Notes: a model not told the origin generated them from the letters alone. 62,483 bases of DNA, filler included, from a bacterium (GCA_027004335.1; 9 parts of 9 records of this genome joined end to end with filler, not necessarily neighbours in it), one strand, 5' to 3'; numbered from the whole stretch's first letter, positions 38,639 through 48,364 are shown. Program-made: numbers and translations.

Positions 38639-39811
38639 CTAAACACCTAATATTGTTCTAGCAATGATAGTCTTCTGTATCTCTGAAGTCCCCCCACCAA
38701 TAGAAGCTAAGAGAGCATCTCTCAATCCTCTTTCAACCTCATATTCTCTTATCAGGCCATATCCACCATGTATCTGCACTTCATCAAAGGCCATTTTTAT
38801 TCCTACTTCGGATAGAAACAATTTTGCAATGGAGGCATCTAAAACTGATTGAATTCCCTGCTCTCGTAACCATGCACTTTTATATACCAGCCATCTTGCT
38901 GCTTCTAAGTATACCTTCATCATCGCGATCTTATGCTGTATAGCCTGAAATTTCGCAATGGGCTTTCCAAATTGTTCCCTTTCCAGGGAGTATTTTATAG
39001 CTCTTTCAAGACCAAGTTCCATGCTACCAATAGCTGGTGCTATGAGAAGACTTCTCTCCCATGTAAGAGAGTCTATAAGGATCATTGCACCATTTCCTAC
39101 TCCTCCCAGGACATTCCCGGCGGGAATTTTTAAATCTTCAAAAACTAATTCTCCCGTGGGTGATGATCTCATTCCCACCTTATCTAACTTTTGTGCCACG
39201 GAAAATCCTTCAACATAGTTTGGGTAACCCGTTTCTACTATAAAAACTGTTAGTCCTCGGGCTCCTCTTCCCTCTCCAACCCTTGCAGCTACAAGAACAA
39301 TATTAGCTATGGGGCCATTGGTGATAAACATTTTTGTGCCGTTAAGTATGTAATACTTCCCGTCCGGAGTAAGTTCAGCTTTTGTTCTTAAACCAAAGGC
39401 ATCTGACCCGGCGTTTGGTTCAGTTAAGCCGAAGGCACCTATCCATTCTCCGCTTGCAAGTTTGGGTAAATATTTTTTCTTCTGCTCCTCGGTACCCCAC
39501 TGCCATATGGGAATTGCACAGATTACTAAATGGGCCCCCAGAGAGAGGTTAAAGCCCTGATCTTTTGATCCTTTACCCAATCCAACCATTGCTGCCATGG
39601 TGGTGATTACATCGTAGCCCTGCCCCCCATACTCTTCTGGAATTGGCATCCCCATCAGGCCAAATTCTGCTGCTTTTTTCCATCCTTCCCAATGGAACTC
39701 TCCGTTAATGTCTCTCTCTATTGACCCAGGTGAAATTTCTTTTTCTGCAAATTTTCTCACTGCTTCCATCACCTGTTCCTGTTCGGAGGTTAAACTGAAG
39801 TCAAGTGCCAT
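38639..39811 (-). CDS. Acyl-CoA dehydrogenase
   Basis: GLTEPNAGSD, LNGTKMFITNG, REQFGKPI..FQ, QIHGGYG, GGTSEIQ. Confidence 0.95.
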   Translation of the reverse strand: MALDFSLTSEQEQVMEAVRKFAEKEISPGSIERDINGEFHWEGWKKAAEFGLMGMPIPEEYGGQGYDVITTMAAMVGLGKGSKDQGFNLSLGAHLVICAIPIWQWGTEEQKKKYLPKLASGEWIGAFGLTEPNAGSDAFGLRTKAELTPDGKYYILNGTKMFITNGPIANIVLVAARVGEGRGARGLTVFIVETGYPNYVEGFSVAQKLDKVGMRSSPTGELVFEDLKIPAGNVLGGVGNGAMILIDSLTWERSLLIAPAIGSMELGLERAIKYSLEREQFGKPIAKFQAIQHKIAMMKVYLEAARWLVYKSAWLREQGIQSVLDASIAKLFLSEVGIKMAFDEVQIHGGYGLIREYEVERGLRDALLASIGGGTSEIQKTIIARTILGV

Positions 39812-39828
39812 AATCTCCTCCTTTTTAA

Positions 39829-39883
39829 ATTATTAGTAAGTCATTACTTACTTAATAATATGTGAAATTGATATGGATGTCAA
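39829..39883 (-). promoter_or_regulatory. sigma70 promoter with overlapping palindromic operator for the acyl-CoA dehydrogenase
   Basis: Minus strand TTGACA-N17-TATTAT (39883-39855); inverted repeat AGTAAGT-N4-ACTTACT (39835-39852) with AT-rich extensions. Confidence 0.65.
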
Positions 39884-39949
39884 GATAAAATTCTTATTTA
39901 AGAACAGATTTTACCCTATGGGCTTCTCATTTTGGCTTTTTATATCCAT

Positions 39950-40207
39950 GGATGCTAAGGTGCTTGATATCAAAAAGGAGATAATGAGTAAAGAAAGCAA
40001 TTTTATTTACCGCCAGTTAAATAATATTTCTAAAGAACATCCTCATTTCGCAAAGAAGTTAAGAGAAGATGCAGATAGATACATCACATTTACCCAATTC
40101 CCCAGGGAGATAAGAAGCCGGATAAAATCAACCAACGCATCAGAAAATTTACACAAGGAGAAGTTAGCATGAAACTAAATTCTTACACAAAAAATTTGAC
40201 AATTGCC
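39950..40207 (+). mobile_element. IS256-family remnant (transposase C-terminal fragment plus right inverted repeat)
   Basis: FTQFPREIRSRIKSTNASENLHKE matches the IS256 FP..I..TN..E.L motif; ends TTACACAAAAAATTTGACAATTGCC, resembling IS256 termini; left boundary approximate. Confidence 0.78.
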
Positions 40208-40261
40208 GGTTTAGAAATATTATTTATATTTCTGGAGCTCCCTGCAATTATTCTTTCTTTA

Positions 40262-40311
40262 TTCTGAGGAAACAGTAACCAGTTCGGTAAGGTTATTTTT
40301 GAGGAAAGGCG
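40262..40311 (+). repeat. Dispersed 50-bp element, copy A
   Basis: 47/50 identical to the reverse complement of 59979-60028. Confidence 0.9.
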
Positions 40312-40351
40312 TCCCCCTTGTGAATTTTAAAAAAATCATCTATACTTCAAA

Positions 40352-41428
40352 TTGATGGAAATGTCAAAGTTTGTCCTTCTATGTTTTTTGATGTTTTCTT
40401 TTGTAGCATGTGGAAGAGAAAAGGAGCCAGAAGTAGAGAGTGCTCTACCAGTTAGGTATACTATAAAAGATATTAACACCATCCCTGATAATATTTCCCT
40501 GAATATAACTAAAGATAATATCTCTATTTTTTATGAGGACAATGGACTGAAAGAGGCAGAATTTTTTGATTCAGGGTGGCACTATTTTTCTGTAACAGAA
40601 AGTGTAGGGGAAGTAAAGAATGGCTGGAGTAGCGGAAGCTGCGGTAACGAGAATATCCTGGTTGTGCAGGGGGAGGATAACAAGTTATATCTTGTAACAG
40701 AAATAAAAGGGGGTTTCTCCAAGATGCAGATAGATCTCATGAAATTTGGCACCGAGGGTGCCCAGACGGATATCCAGTGTTTGGGTGATGAAAGATATAT
40801 TGTTGCATATGATCCTTTGACCGGAGCCCTCTATTATTTTTCTGGTAAGGATACTTTTAAGAGGGAAAAAATCACGGAAGGTGGAGAAAATGGTTTATAT
40901 CCCGAGATAAGGGTAACCAGTTTTGGCAGAGTTTATATTGCTTTTATGGATGGTAGTACCTCAGATGTTATCGTTGCATATAAAGATCCTGGTAAAGAGT
41001 GGGTAACAGAGGATACCGGGGTAAAGGGGGATCGTTTTTCTTTTGAGATTTCCTATGAAGGGGCAGATCTGGCAGGAATTTACCCACGTCTTGCGGTAAG
41101 GAGTCTTAACAAGAAAGGTTTTTACTGGGTAGAAAAAGGCTCTCATCAGTGGAAAAACTCCTTTGTCAGTATTAATGGTTTTCTGGCTACTCCTCTGATT
41201 TTTGTTTCTTCGGAGCAGGTAGGAGTACTTTATCAGAATACAGCGTGGAATGATCTTGAAATTTCCCTATACGATGGATATTCATGGAAAAATGAGAAGG
41301 TTGTTACGGGAGGTGCTACAGGTTTTACTCCTGCGATTAAGGTTTACGGGGAGAAATTATTTATCGCTTTTTATGATCTTACAGATAAAACCCTTGTTAT
41401 TTCGGAGGTAAAGCTTCCGTGGAGATAA
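40352..41428 (+). CDS. Lipoprotein, probable beta-propeller
   Basis: Lipobox FVAC; repeated blade-like motifs (YIAF.D....V..AY....W..E); TTGTGA-N17-TATACT promoter upstream. Confidence 0.75.
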   Translation: MMEMSKFVLLCFLMFSFVACGREKEPEVESALPVRYTIKDINTIPDNISLNITKDNISIFYEDNGLKEAEFFDSGWHYFSVTESVGEVKNGWSSGSCGNENILVVQGEDNKLYLVTEIKGGFSKMQIDLMKFGTEGAQTDIQCLGDERYIVAYDPLTGALYYFSGKDTFKREKITEGGENGLYPEIRVTSFGRVYIAFMDGSTSDVIVAYKDPGKEWVTEDTGVKGDRFSFEISYEGADLAGIYPRLAVRSLNKKGFYWVEKGSHQWKNSFVSINGFLATPLIFVSSEQVGVLYQNTAWNDLEISLYDGYSWKNEKVVTGGATGFTPAIKVYGEKLFIAFYDLTDKTLVISEVKLPWR

Positions 41429-44400
41429 GAAAGGGTGTACTAATTTTTGTATCATTATTTTTGTTTCTATTTGCTGCCTGTAGCAGGGAAAGATATGTGA
41501 GTGAACTTGTCATAGATAGTGTAAATGTTGCTCCCAAGTTTGAGGTTTCTGCCGATTCAGCCACTTTAGATATAGATGTAGAGGTATCAGGGAAAGATGC
41601 TGATAAAGTTTCTACCAGGGATTTTTCGGTCTTTCTTACCTATGGTGCTTTTTCTGGAATAAAAAAAATCGCCCCTGGTAAATTTACTATAACTATTTCA
41701 AGCTTGAATGATATTTCTATGTCACCTGTGGATGTGGAAATTGAGTGTGTAAATAGAAAAACTTATACCAGGATTTATGTAGATCCGGGGAAGCCGGATA
41801 AAATTAACCTTAATTTAGATTCCACTCTCATTAATTCTGATGTAGGAGAGGTGGAGGGAGAATTTCTGATTAAAGATAAGAATTCTAATCCTGTTTATCT
41901 TGAAGGCGTCACAGTTTCTGTTTCCTACGGTGAAGTTTCTGCTTTATGGAAGGAAGAGGGTAAATATCATTTTAAAATTACCGGGTTGAATGATGTTAAA
42001 AAGTCGCCTGTTACTGTGAGTGTGAAAGCTGGAGGTATTGAAGCCAGCAAAGAAATGAAAATTCTTGTTGGAACTATCTCCCGTTTTTGTATAGATAAAA
42101 TTGATTCTCCCCAGATCGTGGATTATCCTTTTCCCATTCATATTAAAGCCTGTGATAAATATGGAAACACAGTGGTATCTTTTGATGATAAGGTAAATCT
42201 CAGTGTAGATGTGGGAACTATTACTCCGGAGGTTAGTGGGAGATTCAGTAACGGTGAGAGATACGATAATGTTATGATTCATGAACAAGCAGCAGGTGAG
42301 GTGATAACGGCGAGCTATGGGGGAATTCTCGGGAGGAGTAACCCTTTTAATGTTAATCCTCAGCCAGCTTCTAAGATCACCATTGATGCAGATAGTACCC
42401 TTATTTCAGCAGATGATCCAGGGGTTGAGTTGACAATTACCCTGGAAAATAACCAGGGTTATGGAATAGCTGGAAAACCTGTTAAGGTTGAGTTATTTGA
42501 TAAAGGTGGTAAAAAGTTAGATGATTCTGAGTCAAATTATGGAATGGTAAGTAGTGTTATTGATAATGGTGACGGAACCTATACCTGTTTTGTAACTGAA
42601 TTGAGGAATGTTTCAGAGAGTCCCTATACTGTGAAAGCTGAGATGGCGTCACTGGAGGATGAGATCCAGATTTCTGTGGTACCTGGGGATATGGATCATT
42701 TCCAGATCGATGAAATTCCATCTCAGAGATCCACATTTCCAGCTTCATTGAATTTTATTGCCTCTGACGATTGGGGCAACAGAGTTTATGTGTACAGTGG
42801 TAAAGTTACTATAGTGGCTGAGTGTGATGACGGAAATGGATTCTATGGGTGTCCCTTGATAGTAAATGATCCTGCAAGTAATCCATATTTTAATGGTAAT
42901 GATGTCCTTTATGGGCAATCTATTCCGGGGATAACTTTCTCTTTCCCCTCGCAGCATGACTCTGCAAGAATAATTATTACAGATGGAACCTATGAAGGTA
43001 CCAGTAATGAATTTAAAGTCTTCCAGAGTGTCGTTGGACCGGGTGTTATACCCAGCAATAACTATGTGGTCACAGGATTCAGGTTCTTTGTGGTTTTTGA
43101 TACGACGGATATCCCGGTTGATGGAAGTTGTGATTTTAATTCCACGCCACCCAAGATCATAGCAGGAAAACCTTTTACCTTTTATGTAGTGGCAAGATAT
43201 TATGCTACTGATCCAAATAATCCCAACAATACTGCGTGTTACCAGACTGGGGTCTATGATCAGGCAAATCCTTTTGATGGAAATGTATGGTTATCAGATT
43301 CTACCGGCAGTTTGAAGCTACTGAGTGTGGATACTGAACACCTATCCTCTAATTTTCCTGAAACCCCTTATGGAAGTATTTTTAATCCTATCATGGAAAA
43401 ATATATTGAGGTGACCGCTGAAGTTGATTCAACTTCCAATAATGATGTTATTCTTATTAATCCCTCTCTTAGGTCAGGGCTGGGAAACGGTTCCAGTCCC
43501 GGTTTCCCTGTCTTGCCGGGTAATGTTGATCACATAGAGATTAACAGGGTAGTTTCCCCTCAAATTGCAGGAAGTGAGTTTAATCTCTCCGCCATTGCTG
43601 AGGATAAAGAGGGGAATGTAGTACCCCTTGACTTGGATGTCCAGCTTTCGGATAAAACTGGAACTCTCACTCCAGCGTCGGGGCAATTTAAAAAAGGAAG
43701 ACTTTCTGTGGATGTTCTTGTTACTGATGTTATGGATGGTGACACGATCACTATAGATGGAGGTGATGCTCATACCATAGGAGAGAGTAACCCTTTTGAT
43801 GTTATATCTCCTCTTGCTGTTGATCATTTTGAGGTGCATATTCTCTCAGATCCATCAAATATAAAAGTGGGAGTTCCAGTTACCTACGAGGTAATTGCAC
43901 GGAACCCTGCGGGTAATGTGGTAGATAGTTTTAACTATTCAGTATCAATATCTGATTCTACAGGTACCATTTCTCCTCAGGTTACGAAAAAATTTGAAAA
44001 TGGAATATTAAAAGATTCTTTTGTAGTGATGAAAACTACCGATGAAGACAGAATCTATATATCAGGAGCTGGCGCAAAGGGTGTGAGCGAGGCTTTTTCT
44101 GTGGGAGCGGGTGCACTGGATCATTTTCAGATTGTAAATATAGGATCCCCGAAATATGTAAATTATCCTTTTTACATAACCATAGAGGCTATTGATATTG
44201 GCGGTAACCTTAAAAGAGATTATGAAGGTTATCACTCTATTCATATTGTTGATCTGACCGGAACTATAACCCCCCCAGCTCCGACTGCAAATTTCTCAGG
44301 CGGGATCCTCTACCAGCAGGTCAAAGTAACTGAGGCAACTTCTTCTGACATAATTTTTGTTGGTGATGATAATGGACATAATGGTGCCAGCAACGCCTTT

Positions 44401-45972
44401 GAAGTTAAATTTGGTGCTCTGAATCATTTTGCCTGTGAAACTCCTCAGGATCAGGTGGCCGGCTACCCCTTTCATTTTTACTGCACTGCTTATGATGAAT
44501 ACGGGAATGTAAAGGGAGATTACACAAAGGATGTAACAACTTCCTCCGCTGCTGGTACTGTGACTCTCTCCGATGATAATTCCTGTATTGTTAAGCTTCT
44601 CGGTGGTTTTAAAAAAGGTAAAATGGATGCGGTGGTCAGGCCTCTTAAATCGTGTCCAAACACAGACAGGCTGAGCATCCAGGATGGGACTGTGAGTACC
44701 GCTACTGACTGGTTTAATATCAGACATGATACAATTTACTTCACAATCAGTCACATTGATGATCAGGTTAAGGGTGTTTCTTTTACTTTTAATATTAAGG
44801 TTACTGATTCTTCTGGCTATCTTTACAAAAACTTCCATGGGGCTCTTGAAATAAAAGATCTTACAGGTACAATTACCCCTTCTGTCACCGATAATTTCAA
44901 TGGTGCTTCCAAGGATCAGGAAGTAACAATTAACAAGACATCTCAGGTGGACCAGGTTATCCTATCCAACTATCAGGAGGATGTTACCGAAAGCAACATC
45001 TTTGCAGTTCATGGGCCGCCTCTGGGAAAGATTATTATCGGACATATAGAAGAAAGGCAGCTTGTGAATTATCCCTTTTCTGTGACGATGACCGCCTACG
45101 ATATTTATGGAAATTTAAAAGATGACTATGATGGCACAGTTTCAGTGGATGATGTGACAGGAACACTTAAAGTTGTTAATTCTTCCACACCTAAAGAAAT
45201 AACTTTCAACAGCGGATATGCTGTTACAGAGGTCGTTATACAATCAATAAGACCCAATGGTGATGATCATCTTATTGTAACATATGATACTAGTTATGGA
45301 ACAAAAGTTACATATTCCAATAACTTTTCTGTAGAAGAAAGAAAGCTTGATCATTTTATTGTGGATTCAATCTCGGATCAGCACCAATATATAAATTTTT
45401 ATATAACGGTTAAGGCGGTAGATCTTAAAGGAAATGTTTTTGAGAATTTTAATGATAAAGTAAATATGGAAGATAATACGGGTACACTCTCTCCATCTGT
45501 CAGCGATTATTTTCTAAACGGTGTCTTACAGAATCAGAAGGTCAGGATAGATCAACTTGCCAATTCTGATCAGATCCATATTTACTATTATTCCAGCGGG
45601 GTCACTTATGAAGGCTACAGTAATCACTTCAATGTGGGTCTAAGCACTGTTGCTCAGATATATTTTGATCCCATATCGGATCAAACTCAAAATGTACCCT
45701 TTATTGTTCATATGAAGGCTCTTGATTCAAACGGTGATGTAGTAACGGGTTTTGAGGCGAGGGTTAATCTCTCTGCATATGTTGGGTTACAGAATGCGAT
45801 TACTCCTACCCAGAGTGAATACTTTGTTACTGGTGAGTTGGATCAACAGGTTAAGATAACTCAACCTTCCCCCTATATATTTGGAAGGTACTGGCCTATT
45901 ACTATAAATGCCACTCTCCCTGGGGTAGGAATATTTTCAAGTAATGGTTTTATTGTGTATCCCCAGCAGTGA
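41419..45972 (+). CDS. 1517-aa surface lipoprotein with tandem Ig-like (invasin/Big-type) repeats
   Basis: Lipobox FAAC; about 11 copies of HF.I..I...Q....PF...I.A.D..GN......V...D.TGT.TP...F..G...SN.F.V; DNGDGTY invasin-like motif. Confidence 0.85.
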   Translation: MEIRKGVLIFVSLFLFLFAACSRERYVSELVIDSVNVAPKFEVSADSATLDIDVEVSGKDADKVSTRDFSVFLTYGAFSGIKKIAPGKFTITISSLNDISMSPVDVEIECVNRKTYTRIYVDPGKPDKINLNLDSTLINSDVGEVEGEFLIKDKNSNPVYLEGVTVSVSYGEVSALWKEEGKYHFKITGLNDVKKSPVTVSVKAGGIEASKEMKILVGTISRFCIDKIDSPQIVDYPFPIHIKACDKYGNTVVSFDDKVNLSVDVGTITPEVSGRFSNGERYDNVMIHEQAAGEVITASYGGILGRSNPFNVNPQPASKITIDADSTLISADDPGVELTITLENNQGYGIAGKPVKVELFDKGGKKLDDSESNYGMVSSVIDNGDGTYTCFVTELRNVSESPYTVKAEMASLEDEIQISVVPGDMDHFQIDEIPSQRSTFPASLNFIASDDWGNRVYVYSGKVTIVAECDDGNGFYGCPLIVNDPASNPYFNGNDVLYGQSIPGITFSFPSQHDSARIIITDGTYEGTSNEFKVFQSVVGPGVIPSNNYVVTGFRFFVVFDTTDIPVDGSCDFNSTPPKIIAGKPFTFYVVARYYATDPNNPNNTACYQTGVYDQANPFDGNVWLSDSTGSLKLLSVDTEHLSSNFPETPYGSIFNPIMEKYIEVTAEVDSTSNNDVILINPSLRSGLGNGSSPGFPVLPGNVDHIEINRVVSPQIAGSEFNLSAIAEDKEGNVVPLDLDVQLSDKTGTLTPASGQFKKGRLSVDVLVTDVMDGDTITIDGGDAHTIGESNPFDVISPLAVDHFEVHILSDPSNIKVGVPVTYEVIARNPAGNVVDSFNYSVSISDSTGTISPQVTKKFENGILKDSFVVMKTTDEDRIYISGAGAKGVSEAFSVGAGALDHFQIVNIGSPKYVNYPFYITIEAIDIGGNLKRDYEGYHSIHIVDLTGTITPPAPTANFSGGILYQQVKVTEATSSDIIFVGDDNGHNGASNAFEVKFGALNHFACETPQDQVAGYPFHFYCTAYDEYGNVKGDYTKDVTTSSAAGTVTLSDDNSCIVKLLGGFKKGKMDAVVRPLKSCPNTDRLSIQDGTVSTATDWFNIRHDTIYFTISHIDDQVKGVSFTFNIKVTDSSGYLYKNFHGALEIKDLTGTITPSVTDNFNGASKDQEVTINKTSQVDQVILSNYQEDVTESNIFAVHGPPLGKIIIGHIEERQLVNYPFSVTMTAYDIYGNLKDDYDGTVSVDDVTGTLKVVNSSTPKEITFNSGYAVTEVVIQSIRPNGDDHLIVTYDTSYGTKVTYSNNFSVEERKLDHFIVDSISDQHQYINFYITVKAVDLKGNVFENFNDKVNMEDNTGTLSPSVSDYFLNGVLQNQKVRIDQLANSDQIHIYYYSSGVTYEGYSNHFNVGLSTVAQIYFDPISDQTQNVPFIVHMKALDSNGDVVTGFEARVNLSAYVGLQNAITPTQSEYFVTGELDQQVKITQPSPYIFGRYWPITINATLPGVGIFSSNGFIVYPQQ

Positions 45973-46038
45973 TTTTAATCAAAAAATTTTTATGATAATA
46001 TTATAGGACCTGTCAAATTTAAAGGTGGAGGTAAGATA

Positions 46039-46488
46039 ATGGAGATGAATTTTCCCGAGCTTGCAAAGGCCATGTTTAATATGATGCCATTTTTACAAAA
46101 AATTGGGATAAGAATCGTCTACGTTGAAAAGGGTAGGGCAAGGGTGGAACTTCCCTTTGATGAGAGCATAACAAACCATCTGGGTACTGTTCATGCAGGT
46201 GCACTCTATACTATTGCAGAAACCGGTGGGGGGCTTGTTATAACTTCTGCAGCGACTTCGGCAGATATCTGGGGAGTTGCGAAGAGTGGTCATATAAAAT
46301 ATAAAAAACCTGCAAAGGATATGATCTATGTGGAAGAAGAGGTTGATCCTGATTGGATAGCTGAGAGATTTAACACTGTATTAACTGAAGGTAAAGCAGA
46401 TATTCCTTTCACAGTTCATGTTAGAGGTGAAAATGGCGATATTGTAGCAGAGGTTGAGTTTATTTACCATATCAGAAAAAGGAGTTGA
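46039..46488 (+). CDS. PaaI/hot-dog thioesterase family protein
   Basis: NHLGTVHAGALYTIAE..GG, IKYKKPA. Confidence 0.88.
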   Translation: MEMNFPELAKAMFNMMPFLQKIGIRIVYVEKGRARVELPFDESITNHLGTVHAGALYTIAETGGGLVITSAATSADIWGVAKSGHIKYKKPAKDMIYVEEEVDPDWIAERFNTVLTEGKADIPFTVHVRGENGDIVAEVEFIYHIRKRS

Positions 46489-47279
46489 TGTTGGAGGTTG
46501 AACTTCTTGCAATAACTCCTGATGCTCCGCAGGTAATTGAACGGGCGGGAAGGACTTCCTATCTGTCATTTGATAGGATGACCCTTAAGCCCATCTACTA
46601 TGTGGAGCTTGAAAATGGGAAAAAACAACAGCTCTATGCAGAAAAATATGCTCTTTCTGAGGATCTCTATCAAGGAGAAGAAGCACTTGTGCCTGAAGTA
46701 GGAAAAATAAGGATCCTCAAAAAATGGAAAAACTCTGCAGAAAAATTCATAGAGATGCTTATAAAAAATGGACATTTATCTGTTCTGGAACATGCCTGTG
46801 CAACTTTTCTTATAAAAGGAGGCTCCAGATCCTTTACTCATCAGCTTGTGAGACACAGGATGGCTTCATATACACAGCAATCTCAGAGATATGTTGATGA
46901 AAGTGATTTTAAGTATGTTACTCCCCCCGGTATTGAGGAAAATCCAGAGGCAAAGAAAATTTTTGAAAGATTTATAGATGATGTCAGAAAAACCTATGCT
47001 ACTTTGAAATCTATGGGGATCAAAAAAGAAGACGCAAGATTTGTGTTACCCAATGCTGTAGAAAGTGAGATCGTAATCACAGCAAATCTCAGAGAGTGGA
47101 GACACATCTTTTATCTGAGAGGTGATAAGGCTGCCCAGTGGGAAATAAGGAGGATTGTAATAGAAATTTTTAAAATTTTAAAAGAAAAGGTACCGGAGAT
47201 CCTTGTCGATATGGATCTCTCTGAAGATGGCCAATACATAGTGATAAAAGATTTAAAGAAGGTATCGGAAAATAAATAA
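46488..47279 (+). CDS. thyX: FAD-dependent thymidylate synthase with internal insertion
   Basis: GHLSVLEH, SRSFTHQLVRHRMASYTQQSQRY (RHRx7S), EDARFVLP, NLREWRH, AQWEIR. Confidence 0.96.
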   Translation: MLEVELLAITPDAPQVIERAGRTSYLSFDRMTLKPIYYVELENGKKQQLYAEKYALSEDLYQGEEALVPEVGKIRILKKWKNSAEKFIEMLIKNGHLSVLEHACATFLIKGGSRSFTHQLVRHRMASYTQQSQRYVDESDFKYVTPPGIEENPEAKKIFERFIDDVRKTYATLKSMGIKKEDARFVLPNAVESEIVITANLREWRHIFYLRGDKAAQWEIRRIVIEIFKILKEKVPEILVDMDLSEDGQYIVIKDLKKVSENK

Positions 47280-47918
47280 AAACCATTCCATGATTTTTAC
47301 GATCAGAGGCCTTTTGATAAATTCTTCGTAATCCACTTTTTCAGAATCAGAGAGATCCTTTTCAAAAATTTTATATGCTTCTTCCCCGATTTCTCCCCCT
47401 TCCACGAAAATATTTCCCTCAATATTGTGTAGAAAGCTCCTGTAATCAAAATTTGCTGAGCCTATTACAACAGTGGTTCTATCAAAAACCGCCATTTTTG
47501 TATGGAGTATTCTCGGGGTATATTCATAGATCTCTATTCCGGCTTTGAGGAATTTACTATACATGGTTCTTCTTGCGAAATAAACTGTTTTAATATCTGT
47601 ATTTCGTGGGATAATAATTTTTACTTTGATCCCTTTGAGGGAGGCTTTTCTGAGTTCTCTTCTGATCTCTATATCCGGGAGGAAATATGCACTTTCTATA
47701 CATATCTCTTTCTCAGCTTTTCTTATAAGTATTAGAAAAACTTCACGAAGCTGCTTTCGCTCTTTCCAGAAATCAGTTCCGATAACTACAGCATCTTTGT
47801 TACCAGCAGGTCCTAACTGGGGGAAATATTCAAATTCTTTCTGCGGTAGAGGCCCGCGCACCCTGTGCCACATTACCATAAACATTGCCTGAAGGTCTCC
47901 CACGGCGGGGCCATCAAC
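47253..47918 (-). CDS. Cardiolipin synthase / phospholipase D family, C-terminal half (5' truncated)
   Basis: VDGPAV, SAYFLP, HTKMAVFD...GSANFD.RS..N.E (HKD motif). Confidence 0.9.
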   Translation of the reverse strand, partial: VDGPAVGDLQAMFMVMWHRVRGPLPQKEFEYFPQLGPAGNKDAVVIGTDFWKERKQLREVFLILIRKAEKEICIESAYFLPDIEIRRELRKASLKGIKVKIIIPRNTDIKTVYFARRTMYSKFLKAGIEIYEYTPRILHTKMAVFDRTTVVIGSANFDYRSFLHNIEGNIFVEGGEIGEEAYKIFEKDLSDSEKVDYEEFIKRPLIVKIMEWFLFIFRYLL

Positions 47919-47920
47919 CC

Positions 47921-48020
47921 NNNNNNNNNNNNNNNNNNNNNNNNNNNNNNNNNNNNNNNNNNNNTTAATTAATTAANNNNNNNNNNNNNNNNNNNNNNNN
48001 NNNNNNNNNNNNNNNNNNNN
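47921..48020. other. Artificial contig spacer
   Basis: 44 N + TTAATTAATTAA + 44 N. Confidence 0.99.
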
Positions 48021-48021
48021 T

Positions 48022-48343
48022 AATTACTCATTCTCCTTCTCATTTGCTGGAGCAGTTTTTCTTGCTGTTGTTACTTCTCTTCCTGAATTGGTTGTTTCAC
48101 TTTCCTCAGTTGGCCTATCCGCTCCTGAGATGGCACATGGAAATATTCTTGGCAGCAATCTTTTTAATCTTGTTAATCTCTCATTCGCTGATCTATTTTT
48201 GAGAAGAGGGTCAATATTCAGCGATGTGGAAAAGGGGAGTTACTATTTGATGATAGGGACAATAATTACCACCTCATTGATGTTACTGAGTATTGTTTCA
48301 CCACCAAAGAAAAGCTATATAGGTGGCAGAGTTACATGGATTA
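48022..48343 (+). CDS. Sodium:calcium antiporter (CaCA family) fragment between contig edge and 10-N gap
   Basis: GAVFLAVVTSLPEL and GNILGSNLFN alpha-repeat motifs. Confidence 0.8.
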
Positions 48344-48364
48344 NNNNNNNNNNATATATGCGGT

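Noticed and set aside
40264..40311. Hammerhead ribozyme (CTGAGGA...GAAA) in the 50-bp element
   Set aside because: Stem II is not followed directly by GAAA, it is weakened in copy B, and no stems I/III are shared by the two copies.
46566..46736. Functional mini-intein in ThyX
   Set aside because: About 56 aa at most, with no TxxH and no His-Asn terminus; kept only as a possible relic.
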